From: an uncultured Bacilli bacterium
Lineage (GTDB): Bacteria > Bacillota_I > Bacilli_A > RF39 > UBA660
Direction of reading: 5' to 3'
DNA: 38,029 nucleotides
Assembly (NCBI GenBank): GCA_944332155.1
Contig: CALVJM010000002.1
Span: 1 to 38,029, forward strand
The position numbers and the translations under genes were made by a program. The notes beneath the pieces were generated by a model. The model worked only from the letters and a program-made list of their open reading frames with translations. It was not told the origin of the DNA and made no database searches. Below, piece by piece: positions 8,541-16,908 of this stretch. Position 1 is the first letter of the stretch; each line of letters begins with the position of its first letter.

Positions 8541-9540
8541 AATCAAAATAATTAATTAGCATATGTTTACGTACTTCAGACATCATTTTTTGAGCTTCGG
8601 AACGAGCTTGTGCAGTTCCTTCTCTCATTATATCATCTACTATTTCAGGGTGTTCTTCATAATATTTTCGTTTTTCTTGAATTGGTTTAAGATAATCAAT
8701 CATACACTTAACTAATTCTTTTTTACAAGCAACACACCCTCGTTTTCCAGCTTTACACTCTGCACATACAGTTTCAATATTGGGATTTACAAGTTTTTGA
8801 TAACTATATACCATGCACACATCTGGATTTGCTGGATCATCTTTTTTTATCTTATTAGGATCTGTGACAGCTCCCATAATTTTCTTTAAAATTTCTTCCT
8901 CAGTATCAGATAAATAGATGGCATTGTTTAAACTTTTACTCATTTTATTTCCATCTAGTCCTTTAATTCTTGTATTCTCACTTAACAAAGCTTCTGGTTC
9001 TTTTAATATTTCACCATAAATATGATTAAACTTACGGACAATTTCACGACATTGTTCAATTAGTGGTAATTGATCATCACCTACCGGTATTACTTCACCA
9101 CAAAATGCAGTAATATCGGCTGCTTGACTAACAGGATATCCTAAAAATCCGTATGTAATACTTTCTCCGTCATTTCCAAATAATACTTTCTTTTGCTTGG
9201 CTTCAGTTTTAACAGTAGGATTGCGATACAAACGTGCAACTGTAACTAAGTTAGAATAAAAAACGGTTAATTCTGCAATCTCCGGTATCATTGACTGAAT
9301 AAAAATCGTAGACTTTTTAGGATCAATACCAGATGCCAAATAATCCATCATTACTTCTCTCACATTCTTTTGTACCTTTTCGGGATTATCATAGTTATCA
9401 GTTAGTGCCTGTACGTCAGCAATTTCAAAATAACAATCATATTCATCTTGTAAACGAACCCAATTTTGTAAAGCTCCAAAATAATGTCCTAAGTGCAAAC
9501 GTCCAGTGGGACGCATCCCTGATAAAATTCTTTTCTTCAT
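8539..9540 (-). CDS. trpS: tryptophan--tRNA ligase
   Basis: SGMRPTGRLHLGHYFGAL (HIGH-type motif), KMSKSL, a length of about 333 aa, and SD AAGGAGG. Confidence 0.95.
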   Translation of the reverse strand: MKKRILSGMRPTGRLHLGHYFGALQNWVRLQDEYDCYFEIADVQALTDNYDNPEKVQKNVREVMMDYLASGIDPKKSTIFIQSMIPEIAELTVFYSNLVTVARLYRNPTVKTEAKQKKVLFGNDGESITYGFLGYPVSQAADITAFCGEVIPVGDDQLPLIEQCREIVRKFNHIYGEILKEPEALLSENTRIKGLDGNKMSKSLNNAIYLSDTEEEILKKIMGAVTDPNKIKKDDPANPDVCMVYSYQKLVNPNIETVCAECKAGKRGCVACKKELVKCMIDYLKPIQEKRKYYEEHPEIVDDIMREGTAQARSEAQKMMSEVRKHMLINYFD

Positions 9541-9726
9541 AGTTCCTCCTTAAATCAATTTATTTTAATTTAAGTTACACCATCGTTTAAACATATATAT
9601 CACCATTATCATTATAGCATACTTTAAAAAGAGTTTCCATTATTTTATATATAAAGAGACTTATTGAAATAAAATCTATTTATAGACAAAATATAAAATA
9701 ATCGTTATAATATTAATGGTGATTTT

Positions 9727-10452
9727 ATGGTGATTTTTTTATACTATTTTTTACTATTTATAATATATTCTTTTTTAGGATGGTGTATAGAATCTCTTTA
9801 CTGTATGATTAGACAAAGAAAAGTAGTCTCAAGAGGTTTTTTAATTGGTCCTTATTGTCCCATTTATGGTTGGGCAGCATTAATTATGATTCTTTTGCTT
9901 CAGCGTTATCTCAATGACCCAATTGTTCTATTTGTCATGGGAGCAGTAATCGCAAGTATTATTGAATATATTACTAGTTTATTCATGGAAAAAATTTTTC
10001 ATGCCCGTTGGTGGGATTATTCTCATGTAAAATTTAATGTAAATGGGCGCATTTGTTTAATGAACTCGGTATTATTTGGACTATTATGTATAGTATTACT
10101 ATACATAGTAAATCCTTATATTATAAGGATGTTAAATCATATTCCACCGCTTTATCTTATTTTCATTTCTAGCTTTTTACTTGCTATTTTTCTTATCGAT
10201 AATATTGTTACATTTACAATTATGTTTAATATTCGAACTTTAACTAAAGCAATTAGAAAAGATTATACTGAAGAAATTACAAAAAGGGTTCATAAAATTT
10301 TAGCGAAACAAGCTGAACAGTCTTTTATAGTTAGACACTTATTAAAGGCATTTCCGAGCATTAAATTCTTTGGCAGTGAAGTCAAAAAAAATACAATTCA
10401 TCGTTTTTTACACACAAAAAAACAATTAAAACATAAAAAATGGTTCAGATAA
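9727..10452 (+). CDS. CmpB-like membrane protein (PF06541 'putative ABC-transporter type IV' / DUF1113)
   Basis: GWCIESLYC, RGFLIGPYCPIYGWAA and ARWWDYS...NVNGRICL are motifs characteristic of this family. The protein is multi-pass hydrophobic. Confidence 0.6.
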   Translation: MVIFLYYFLLFIIYSFLGWCIESLYCMIRQRKVVSRGFLIGPYCPIYGWAALIMILLLQRYLNDPIVLFVMGAVIASIIEYITSLFMEKIFHARWWDYSHVKFNVNGRICLMNSVLFGLLCIVLLYIVNPYIIRMLNHIPPLYLIFISSFLLAIFLIDNIVTFTIMFNIRTLTKAIRKDYTEEITKRVHKILAKQAEQSFIVRHLLKAFPSIKFFGSEVKKNTIHRFLHTKKQLKHKKWFR

Positions 10453-10467
10453 TCTTCTGAACCATTT

Positions 10468-10905
10468 TTATAGAAATTTTTTTAGTTTATCTATAGCCTT
10501 TTGTTGAAATTTTAAAAATTCTTTAGCTACTTTTAAATCTTTTTTTTCTACCTCTTTCTTATAATCACCAATTTTTTTCTCCATATCAATACTGCCCATA
10601 GAAATTCCTTTTATTAACATATCTGCAATATTAGCATCACTATTATCAATCTTTACTTCTTTTGATACACCCATATTGGCCATCATTTTAGTCATAATAC
10701 CTTCTGTTTCTAATGGAATGTTCTCCTTTTCTAAACACTCTTTAGATCGATTTAAAAATGATTGATACTCTTTTAAAAGATCCTCCACAACACTTTTAAT
10801 TTTATTATCTTTTTCTTTTAAATCTTCTAATAGTTCTGTGAGTGTTGTTACACTCATATCACTATCTTTATAAACGTGGAGCAATAATTCGTTTTTTTCT
10901 TTCAT
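10468..10905 (-). CDS. hypothetical helical protein
   Basis: SD GAGGTGA. The protein is charged and rich in helix and coiled-coil sequence. I could not assign a family. Confidence 0.6.
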   Translation of the reverse strand: MKEKNELLLHVYKDSDMSVTTLTELLEDLKEKDNKIKSVVEDLLKEYQSFLNRSKECLEKENIPLETEGIMTKMMANMGVSKEVKIDNSDANIADMLIKGISMGSIDMEKKIGDYKKEVEKKDLKVAKEFLKFQQKAIDKLKKFL

Positions 10906-11032
10906 CTTTTCACCTCAATTATATTATGGCAATTTCTTAGATTTTCATACAAAAAAATGTTTGTAGGCTATTTTTACACACATTCTATTTTTAAATGAAT
11001 ATATTATAGTGAAATTAGAAGGGGTGGATTAT

Positions 11033-11473
11033 ATGTGTAACAACAAAAAAGACGACGAATGCAAATGCCTAGCTGAAATACTAACTGTCATTTCAATATT
11101 ACAAGAAAACTCTGAATGTTCAGATAATTGCTTAGATACTTGCGATCGTGGATTCCTTGGATGCTCTCCTGTTGCCATTAGATGTAACACTAGACCAGTC
11201 ATACTATACAATTGTTGTACAGGAACACCATGGGAATTTCCGATAACAAAAGAAGATGTTGTTTGTGATACAACAGGTGTTACTTGTTCAAGAGTTCTTC
11301 GTGTTGAAAAAATCGATGGATGCTGTGCAACATTCCGCGTATTACAACCAAGTACAGATGTGGAAACAGCAACCGCAATTCCATATGCAGCAACAAACTC
11401 TTTTGTTACTGTCAATTTAAATTGTGTAGGTGCAATTCGTTGCTTACAAGATACTTTCGTAGATTGTATATAA
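11033..11473 (+). CDS. cysteine-rich spore coat/crust protein, CotY/CotZ family
   Basis: 17 Cys in 146 aa. The core SRVLRVEKIDGCCATFRVL parallels the FFRVERVHGSCATLSLL region of Bacillus CotZ as I remember it. SD GGGGTGG precedes the ATG at 11033, and the track GTG start was discarded. Confidence 0.65.
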   Translation: MCNNKKDDECKCLAEILTVISILQENSECSDNCLDTCDRGFLGCSPVAIRCNTRPVILYNCCTGTPWEFPITKEDVVCDTTGVTCSRVLRVEKIDGCCATFRVLQPSTDVETATAIPYAATNSFVTVNLNCVGAIRCLQDTFVDCI

Positions 11474-11479
11474 CACTTA

Positions 11480-11510
11480 AAAAGATAAATGTAACAGTTT
11501 ATCTTTTTTT
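11480..11510 (+). terminator. rho-independent terminator after the cotY/Z-like gene
   Basis: AAAAGATAAA-loop-TTTATCTTTT followed by a T run. Confidence 0.65.
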
Positions 11511-11569
11511 ATTCCTAATCATAGTTCACCAAACAAAATAAAATATGATAAAATAAAGGTGGTGATTTT

Positions 11570-12742
11570 ATGACAAGATATTTTGATTACAAAGATGAAC
11601 AAGCAGAATTTCATGATGCCTATTATATTGCTAGAAAAATAACTACTTCTTTACAATCATTAATTTCAAACCATCATCTAACTGAAAGTGAACAAGAAAT
11701 TATTCAAAATTACGCTAACCAAGCAAATACCTATTTAGAAGAAATTGACCGATTAGGAGAAATTGGGGAAATAGAGAGTACCATAAACCATGATATGATT
11801 GAACCAGAAACCATTAACTATTATTATGAATATGGTGATTGGCCTGAGAACACGTCTGAAACAGGAGAAAGATTTCAAACCTTAATTCGTTATATTTTTA
11901 TGCTTGAAGAAAAAGCAGTTCCTATTGTAACAAACTTATGGGAACGTACACTAACACCATTTTCAGAAATTAAAAATGGGAAACCTTTTACAGTAATCGC
12001 CCACTCTACTACCCATGGACTACATTTAGATGATTCTTTCAAAAATAATTTAAATTCCTATCTTTCTTGTTCTATTTTTAATACTCATTGTATGAATTAC
12101 TATAATGATCCTATCGCACTTACTTTTGATATTACAAAAGAAAATTATATAGCAAGTTCTTCTTTTGATAGTGCGACAAGTATGCTTAGTTGGCAAGATG
12201 TACATACAGTCGCAACAATGCCAAATGGTCAATCTATTCGTGCAGGTTATTCCTATACAGAAGATATTGATAAAATTATTATTAAATGTGAAAATCCAGA
12301 AGATGTTTTAACTCGTATTCAAGAATCTGCAGATTATCATATTATTAATGAAACCATACTAAATAAAGCTAAAGTAAAACCTACAGGTCTTCTATTATTT
12401 ACTGATGGTATTAACTATCTTCTTCCCTATTATCTAATTGCTCATGAAATGAGTAAGAAATACGACATCAAAATTCGTCTTATCGATCGAACAAAATATC
12501 ATACACAAACGCAAAAAGATATTCCTTTAGAAGAATTTACAAACCAAGTAAAACAAAGTCACTACAATCTATGGAATAATCAAAAGTTAACTATTGAAGA
12601 AAAAAATCAGATTCTTAATAATTTCTATCAATTACTAATAAAAGAACAACCATATTCAAAAGAAAAACTAAATATATGTCAAAATGAACTATCACAATTT
12701 TATCAAGTTCTTTCATCGACTGAGCAAACAAAAAGAATATAA
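11570..12742 (+). CDS. hypothetical protein (390 aa)
   Basis: A long open frame with SD AAGGTGGTGA. I recognise no family. Confidence 0.65.
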   Translation: MTRYFDYKDEQAEFHDAYYIARKITTSLQSLISNHHLTESEQEIIQNYANQANTYLEEIDRLGEIGEIESTINHDMIEPETINYYYEYGDWPENTSETGERFQTLIRYIFMLEEKAVPIVTNLWERTLTPFSEIKNGKPFTVIAHSTTHGLHLDDSFKNNLNSYLSCSIFNTHCMNYYNDPIALTFDITKENYIASSSFDSATSMLSWQDVHTVATMPNGQSIRAGYSYTEDIDKIIIKCENPEDVLTRIQESADYHIINETILNKAKVKPTGLLLFTDGINYLLPYYLIAHEMSKKYDIKIRLIDRTKYHTQTQKDIPLEEFTNQVKQSHYNLWNNQKLTIEEKNQILNNFYQLLIKEQPYSKEKLNICQNELSQFYQVLSSTEQTKRI

Positions 12743-12762
12743 AGAGATAATCTTTATATTTT

Positions 12763-13104
12763 TTATGTCCAAATATCTAAAATATCTTCTAATGGTATTT
12801 TTTCATTATCCATCGTAATTAAATAACGTTGATTTTTACCAACAATCTTTTTTTCTACAATCCCACTTTTCAACTTAATCTTAACATCTGCTTTATAAAC
12901 ATAATTTTTAGAATTAAAAATATCTTGAATTTTTTGGCCAACACTTTTTTCTTTAAGCGAAGAAAACTTAGAAGATGGAACTTGTGTACTTTCCGAATCA
13001 TTTATTTCAGAAACCGTTTCATTTTGTGAATAAAAAACTTCTTTATTATTTTCTATTTTATGATCTAATGGATTGGCAAATACTCTGGGTAATTTCTTTT
13101 CCAT
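12763..13104 (-). CDS. hypothetical protein (possibly spore-coat associated; weak CotO-like C-terminus)
   Basis: SD GGAGGGA. The C-terminal segment KADVKIKLKSGIVEKKIVGKNQRYLITMDNEKIPLEDILDI is reminiscent of the CotO/YlbD-type C-terminal pattern. This rests on memory only. Confidence 0.45.
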   Translation of the reverse strand: MEKKLPRVFANPLDHKIENNKEVFYSQNETVSEINDSESTQVPSSKFSSLKEKSVGQKIQDIFNSKNYVYKADVKIKLKSGIVEKKIVGKNQRYLITMDNEKIPLEDILDIWT

Positions 13105-13143
13105 ACATTCCCTCCTACTACAATATATGTTTATAATCTTTAC

Positions 13144-13959
13144 TTATTCAAAATAACGACTCATTTTATAACCTAAAAAAAATAAGGTAATACTTAAAAG
13201 AAAAATAGGCTGCCATGAAAATGCAAACACAAGATCTTTCACTAACATCAACATAGACAAAAGAGATAAGAAGAAAATTCCTATATAAGTCGTTTTACGA
13301 TAATGAGAAAATAAATAATTCATGATTAATGACACTATAAACGACCCTATCATTAATCCCAATATATAAAATACTAATTTAGGAAGGTTAGAATAAATTA
13401 AAGACCAGTGGATAAAAGAAGAAAAGCAAGATAAAAGTATTGGATATAGTCCCAACGACATCATAATGGCCGTACCGCTAATACCTGGAATAATCATGGT
13501 AGCCGCATCAATGATTCCTACCAACATATATAGTACAAAAGAGGGCAATTGTAGAAAAGAAACATTAGGAGTTATACATCTACTTAACACTAAGATAATA
13601 ATTACAATTACAATCATAAAAGTAATGTTTTTGATAGATAAATCTATTTTTATTTGCTTCCAAACCGGTTTTATTCCACCTACAATCGTTCCGATAAAGA
13701 AAAACATCGTAGGAATATAATAATATTGAAGTAAAAAAGAAATAATTTGACTACCAAAAACAATCGCACAAAAAATACCACTGCCGGTAAATAATAAAAA
13801 TTTAAAATGCGATTTTATGTCTCTAAAAAAACAACTGATTGCTTCAATCCCTCTATCATATAAGCCAAAAGAAAGTGCAAGAACACTACCACTGACTCCG
13901 GGAGTAATTTTAGCTAGTCCGATCATAAATGATTGTATCCATAAAATTATCTTTTTCAT
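13144..13959 (-). CDS. DUF368 family membrane protein (candidate undecaprenyl-phosphate translocase, PopT-type)
   Basis: Contains the duplicated signature PGVSGSVLALSFGLY and PGISGTAIMMSLGLY. About 8 TM segments. Confidence 0.8.
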   Translation of the reverse strand: MKKIILWIQSFMIGLAKITPGVSGSVLALSFGLYDRGIEAISCFFRDIKSHFKFLLFTGSGIFCAIVFGSQIISFLLQYYYIPTMFFFIGTIVGGIKPVWKQIKIDLSIKNITFMIVIVIIILVLSRCITPNVSFLQLPSFVLYMLVGIIDAATMIIPGISGTAIMMSLGLYPILLSCFSSFIHWSLIYSNLPKLVFYILGLMIGSFIVSLIMNYLFSHYRKTTYIGIFFLSLLSMLMLVKDLVFAFSWQPIFLLSITLFFLGYKMSRYFE

Positions 13960-14000
13960 AGTTTAATATATGAAAAAAAGAGGTCATTGAGACTTCTTTT

Positions 14001-15833
14001 TTATTTTTTATACATAAAAATACGCATCGAATTTAAAATCGCAATAATGGTAACTCCAACATCGGCAAATACAGCTCCCCAAATAGAAGAAATACCAATC
14101 GCACCAAGTAATAATACTAATATTTTTATTCCAATGGCTAAGATAATATTTTGCCAAATAATTCTTAGAGTTTTCTTTCCTATTTTAATACCTGACACAA
14201 TTGCATTAAGATTACTATTCATGAGTACAGCATCACTGGCCTCAATAGCGGCATCACTTCCAATACCACCCATTGAAATACCTACAGTAGCTTGAACAAG
14301 TGCTGGAGCATCATTCATACCATCGCCGACAAAAATAACAACACGATTAGGCTCTTTCATAAATTCTTTCACATAGGTTACTTTATCTTCTGGAAGGAGA
14401 GATCCGTAAGCTTCTTTTATTCCTACTTTTTTCGCAATTTTTTGTACAACGGTATCATTATCTCCTGATAAAATGACCATTTTATCAATATTTTCTTGTC
14501 TTAAAGCTTCTATCGTTTCTTTCATATGTGGTTTAATCTCGTCAGCAATTAATAAATATCCATAATATTCTCCATCTACTGCAACGTGAACAACGGTCCC
14601 CATTTGTCTTACATGGATGACTTTAATGCCTTTTTGTTCCATAAAACGAGTATTTCCAACGAACACTTCTTTTCCATCTACAATAGCTTTTACACCATGG
14701 CCAGAAAACTCTTGTACCTCTTTAATCTTCGATAAATCAATTTTCTTATGATATGCTTCTTTAATCGCATAAGCGATAGGATGATTTGAATGTTCTTCTG
14801 CATAAGCAGCAAATTTTAAAACTTCTTCTTCCTTTTTCGCATTCGGTACAATTTTACGAAGTTTAAATGAACCATCCGTAATCGTACCAGTTTTATCAAA
14901 AATAATACTATTTACGTGAGCAAGACTTTCTAAATGATTACTTCCCTTTAATAAAATTTCTTTTTTAGATGCGACACCTAAACCACTGAAAAATCCAAGG
15001 GGAATGGATATAACTAGGGCGCATGGGCAAGAAATAACTAAGAAAATAAAGGAACGATATAACCACTCTTGATAATTACCAAATAGAAGACTCGGAATGA
15101 TAAAAATAAGAAGTGCTAAAACAACAACAATCGGTGTATAAATGCGAGAAAATTTAGTGATGAATCGTTCTGTTTCTGTTTTAGCAGAAGTAGCTTCTTC
15201 CATTAATTTTAAAATACGAGAGACCGTAGAATTGGTATATAACTCGGTCGTTTTTATCGTTAAATACCCAGTTTGATTAATCGAACCACTCAAAATAGAA
15301 TCACCTACATGTACTTGTACAGGATAAGATTCTCCTGTTAAGGCACTGGTATCTAAAATGGATTCACCCTCTACAATCACACCATCAATGCTAATTCTTT
15401 CTCCTGGTGATACATAGATTAATTCACCTACACCCACCATTTCTGGTGGTACATCAATTTGTTTACCTTTTCTTTTAATATGAACTTTATCACTACGTAA
15501 CTTTATTAATGAAGAAATAGATTTACGAGAATGATCTACCGCTTTATCTTGAATATACTCTCCTAATTGAAAGAATAACATAACAGATACGGCTTCAGGA
15601 TACTCTTTAATACACAAAGCTCCTATTGTCGCAAGAGACATTAAAAAGCTCTCATCAAACCACTCTCTTTTAATAATCTTTTCTATAGCATCCCATAAAA
15701 CATCATAGCCAATAATGACATAACTCATAAAAAACATGATTAAATGAATATCGGGTAACATTAATCCAATCCCAAATAAAATACTACTTATAATAAGACG
15801 TAATAACATCGTATCTATTCTTTTATTTTTCAT
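14001..15833 (-). CDS. heavy-metal P1B-type ATPase (Zn/Cd/Co-type) lacking an N-terminal metal-binding domain
   Basis: CPC in SCPCALVISIP, DKTGTIT, SNHPIA, GDGMNDAPAL, and the TM6 motif ADVGVT..NSMR (a P1B-2-like DxG). There is no GMTCxxC domain. The start overlaps the repressor gene's stop by 11 nt. Confidence 0.9.
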   Translation of the reverse strand: MKNKRIDTMLLRLIISSILFGIGLMLPDIHLIMFFMSYVIIGYDVLWDAIEKIIKREWFDESFLMSLATIGALCIKEYPEAVSVMLFFQLGEYIQDKAVDHSRKSISSLIKLRSDKVHIKRKGKQIDVPPEMVGVGELIYVSPGERISIDGVIVEGESILDTSALTGESYPVQVHVGDSILSGSINQTGYLTIKTTELYTNSTVSRILKLMEEATSAKTETERFITKFSRIYTPIVVVLALLIFIIPSLLFGNYQEWLYRSFIFLVISCPCALVISIPLGFFSGLGVASKKEILLKGSNHLESLAHVNSIIFDKTGTITDGSFKLRKIVPNAKKEEEVLKFAAYAEEHSNHPIAYAIKEAYHKKIDLSKIKEVQEFSGHGVKAIVDGKEVFVGNTRFMEQKGIKVIHVRQMGTVVHVAVDGEYYGYLLIADEIKPHMKETIEALRQENIDKMVILSGDNDTVVQKIAKKVGIKEAYGSLLPEDKVTYVKEFMKEPNRVVIFVGDGMNDAPALVQATVGISMGGIGSDAAIEASDAVLMNSNLNAIVSGIKIGKKTLRIIWQNIILAIGIKILVLLLGAIGISSIWGAVFADVGVTIIAILNSMRIFMYKK

Positions 15834-16125
15834 CCATTTCCTCCTCTATGTGTTCCAATCCTGTTTTAAAAATCTTCATAATATGATCATCCGACAACAT
15901 ATAATAAATTTGTTTACCTTCTTGTTTTGTTCGTACTAGATCATGATTTTTTAATACTTTCAACTGATGCGAAATCGCCGATTGTTCCATACCTAAATTT
16001 TCCGCAATTTCTCCTACACAACTAGCTTTTTCAGATAAAAGATTCAACATGCGAAGACGAGTATAATCACCAAAAATTTTAAAAAAAGTACTTAACTTTT
16101 CCGTTATTTGTTCGTTTAACTCCAT
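15823..16125 (-). CDS. ArsR/SmtB family metalloregulator with an alpha5-type site (CzrA/SmtB-like)
   Basis: A winged-helix core (LSEKASCVGEIAENLGMEQSAISHQLKVLK) and a C-terminal DDH-x10-HIEE, matching DxHx10HxxE. The start is trimmed to MELNEQ, which is preceded by SD AAGGAG. Confidence 0.85.
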   Translation of the reverse strand: MELNEQITEKLSTFFKIFGDYTRLRMLNLLSEKASCVGEIAENLGMEQSAISHQLKVLKNHDLVRTKQEGKQIYYMLSDDHIMKIFKTGLEHIEEEMDEK

Positions 16126-16140
16126 TATGAATCTCCTTTC

Positions 16141-16187
16141 ATATGAATATCTATTCATATTATATGATAATATATCTATTTTGACAA
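16141..16187 (-). promoter_or_regulatory. promoter plus inverted-repeat operator of the metalloregulator/ATPase operon
   Basis: The minus strand reads TTGTCA, 17 nt, TATAAT. The 9-2-9 palindrome ATATGAATA-ga-TATTCATAT starts inside the -10 element. It has the TGAA...TTCA core typical of ArsR/SmtB operators. Confidence 0.6.
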
Positions 16188-16222
16188 TCCCCTTTTTGTT
16201 ATTTTTCTGATATAATAAAAAT

Positions 16223-16882
16223 GTGATGCTTATGAAAAAGAAGAAATTAGATATTATTTATGAAGATAAAGAATTATTAGTGGTAAATAAACCGGCAAAA
16301 CAATTAACCATTGCGACTAATAAACAAGAAAACAATACTCTTTATCACGAGGTTTACGAATATGTACACCAAAAACACAAGAAAAATCGCATTTTTATTG
16401 TTCATCGCTTAGATCGAGATACCAGTGGGATTGTTGTGTTTGCGAAAAATGAGAAAATCAAACATTTACTTCAAGAACATTGGAACGAATTAGCCGTTAC
16501 TCGTGAATATATGGCTATTGTAGATGGTGTAATAAAAGAAAAAGGAATCATAAAATCTTATCTAAAAGAAACGAAAACGTTACGTACCTATTCTACAACA
16601 AAGAAAGATGGTAAATTAGCCATTACGGAATACGAACCTATAACTTACCACCATAATCAAACACTTCTTAAAATACACATAAAAACGGGACGTAAAAATC
16701 AAATAAGAGTTCATATGCAAGATCTAGGACATCCTATTTTAGGAGATAAAAAATATGGTAATGGTAAAGATCCTTTTCACCGTATGGCACTGATTGCGAA
16801 TAAGTTAGAGCTCATTCATCCCGTTACACATCAAAAACTAGTGTTTGAAACACGCTTACCAAAAATATTTCAAAATAACTAA
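16223..16882 (+). CDS. RluA-family pseudouridine synthase (no S4 domain)
   Basis: HRLDRDTSGIVVFAK, GRKNQIRVH, and LHA-like LIANKLEL. The start is ambiguous (GTG 16223, ATG 16226 or ATG 16232) and there is no SD. Confidence 0.85.
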   Translation: MMLMKKKKLDIIYEDKELLVVNKPAKQLTIATNKQENNTLYHEVYEYVHQKHKKNRIFIVHRLDRDTSGIVVFAKNEKIKHLLQEHWNELAVTREYMAIVDGVIKEKGIIKSYLKETKTLRTYSTTKKDGKLAITEYEPITYHHNQTLLKIHIKTGRKNQIRVHMQDLGHPILGDKKYGNGKDPFHRMALIANKLELIHPVTHQKLVFETRLPKIFQNN

Positions 16883-16908
16883 AAAATGTACCGAAAAGTA
16901 CATTTTTT
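16881..16908. terminator. bidirectional rho-independent terminator
   Basis: AAAAAATGTAC-CGAAAA-GTACATTTTTT, a perfect hairpin flanked by A and T runs between convergent genes. Confidence 0.75.

Noticed and set aside
9541-9726. Expected T-box riboswitch leader upstream of trpS
   Set aside because: Only about 70 nt lie between the extended -10 element and the SD. I found no T-box consensus (GGUGGUACCGCG-like), no specifier-loop architecture and no terminator/antiterminator hairpins. The two ATGGTG words there are too short to mean anything.
9716-9737. Tandem 11-nt duplication ATGGTGATTTT x2 at the start of the CmpB-like gene, creating a 5-codon uORF (MVILW*)
   Set aside because: The GGTGA of the first copy simply serves as the SD for the ATG of the second copy. 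The mini-ORF is probably incidental, and I see no attenuator structure.
10906-11032. Mother-cell (sigma-K/sigma-E) promoter upstream of the cotY/Z-like gene, and a sigma-E-like CATATACT upstream of cwlD (about 33070-33080)
   Set aside because: CATA-type -10-like words are present. In DNA this AT-rich I could not pair them with properly spaced -35 elements, so no call is made.
11029-11415. 128-aa antisense ORF inside the cotY/Z-like gene (also the 73-aa ORF at 11320-11541)
   Set aside because: It is a shadow ORF on the opposite strand or in an alternate frame of a locally GC-richer coding region. It has no SD and no recognisable protein features, while the sense frame has a family match.
13466-14295. 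Plus-strand ORFs 13466-13720 and 13987-14295 overlapping the DUF368 and ATPase genes
   Set aside because: These are antisense shadows of strongly supported membrane-protein genes and have no translation signals. The same reasoning applies to 5125-5346, 9333-9542, 12050-12232, 12829-13029, 19960-20247, 21286-21537, 21295-21486, 24196-24378, 24766-24966, 28095-28277, 28679-28885, 29855-30109, 32392-32613 and 37565-37777.
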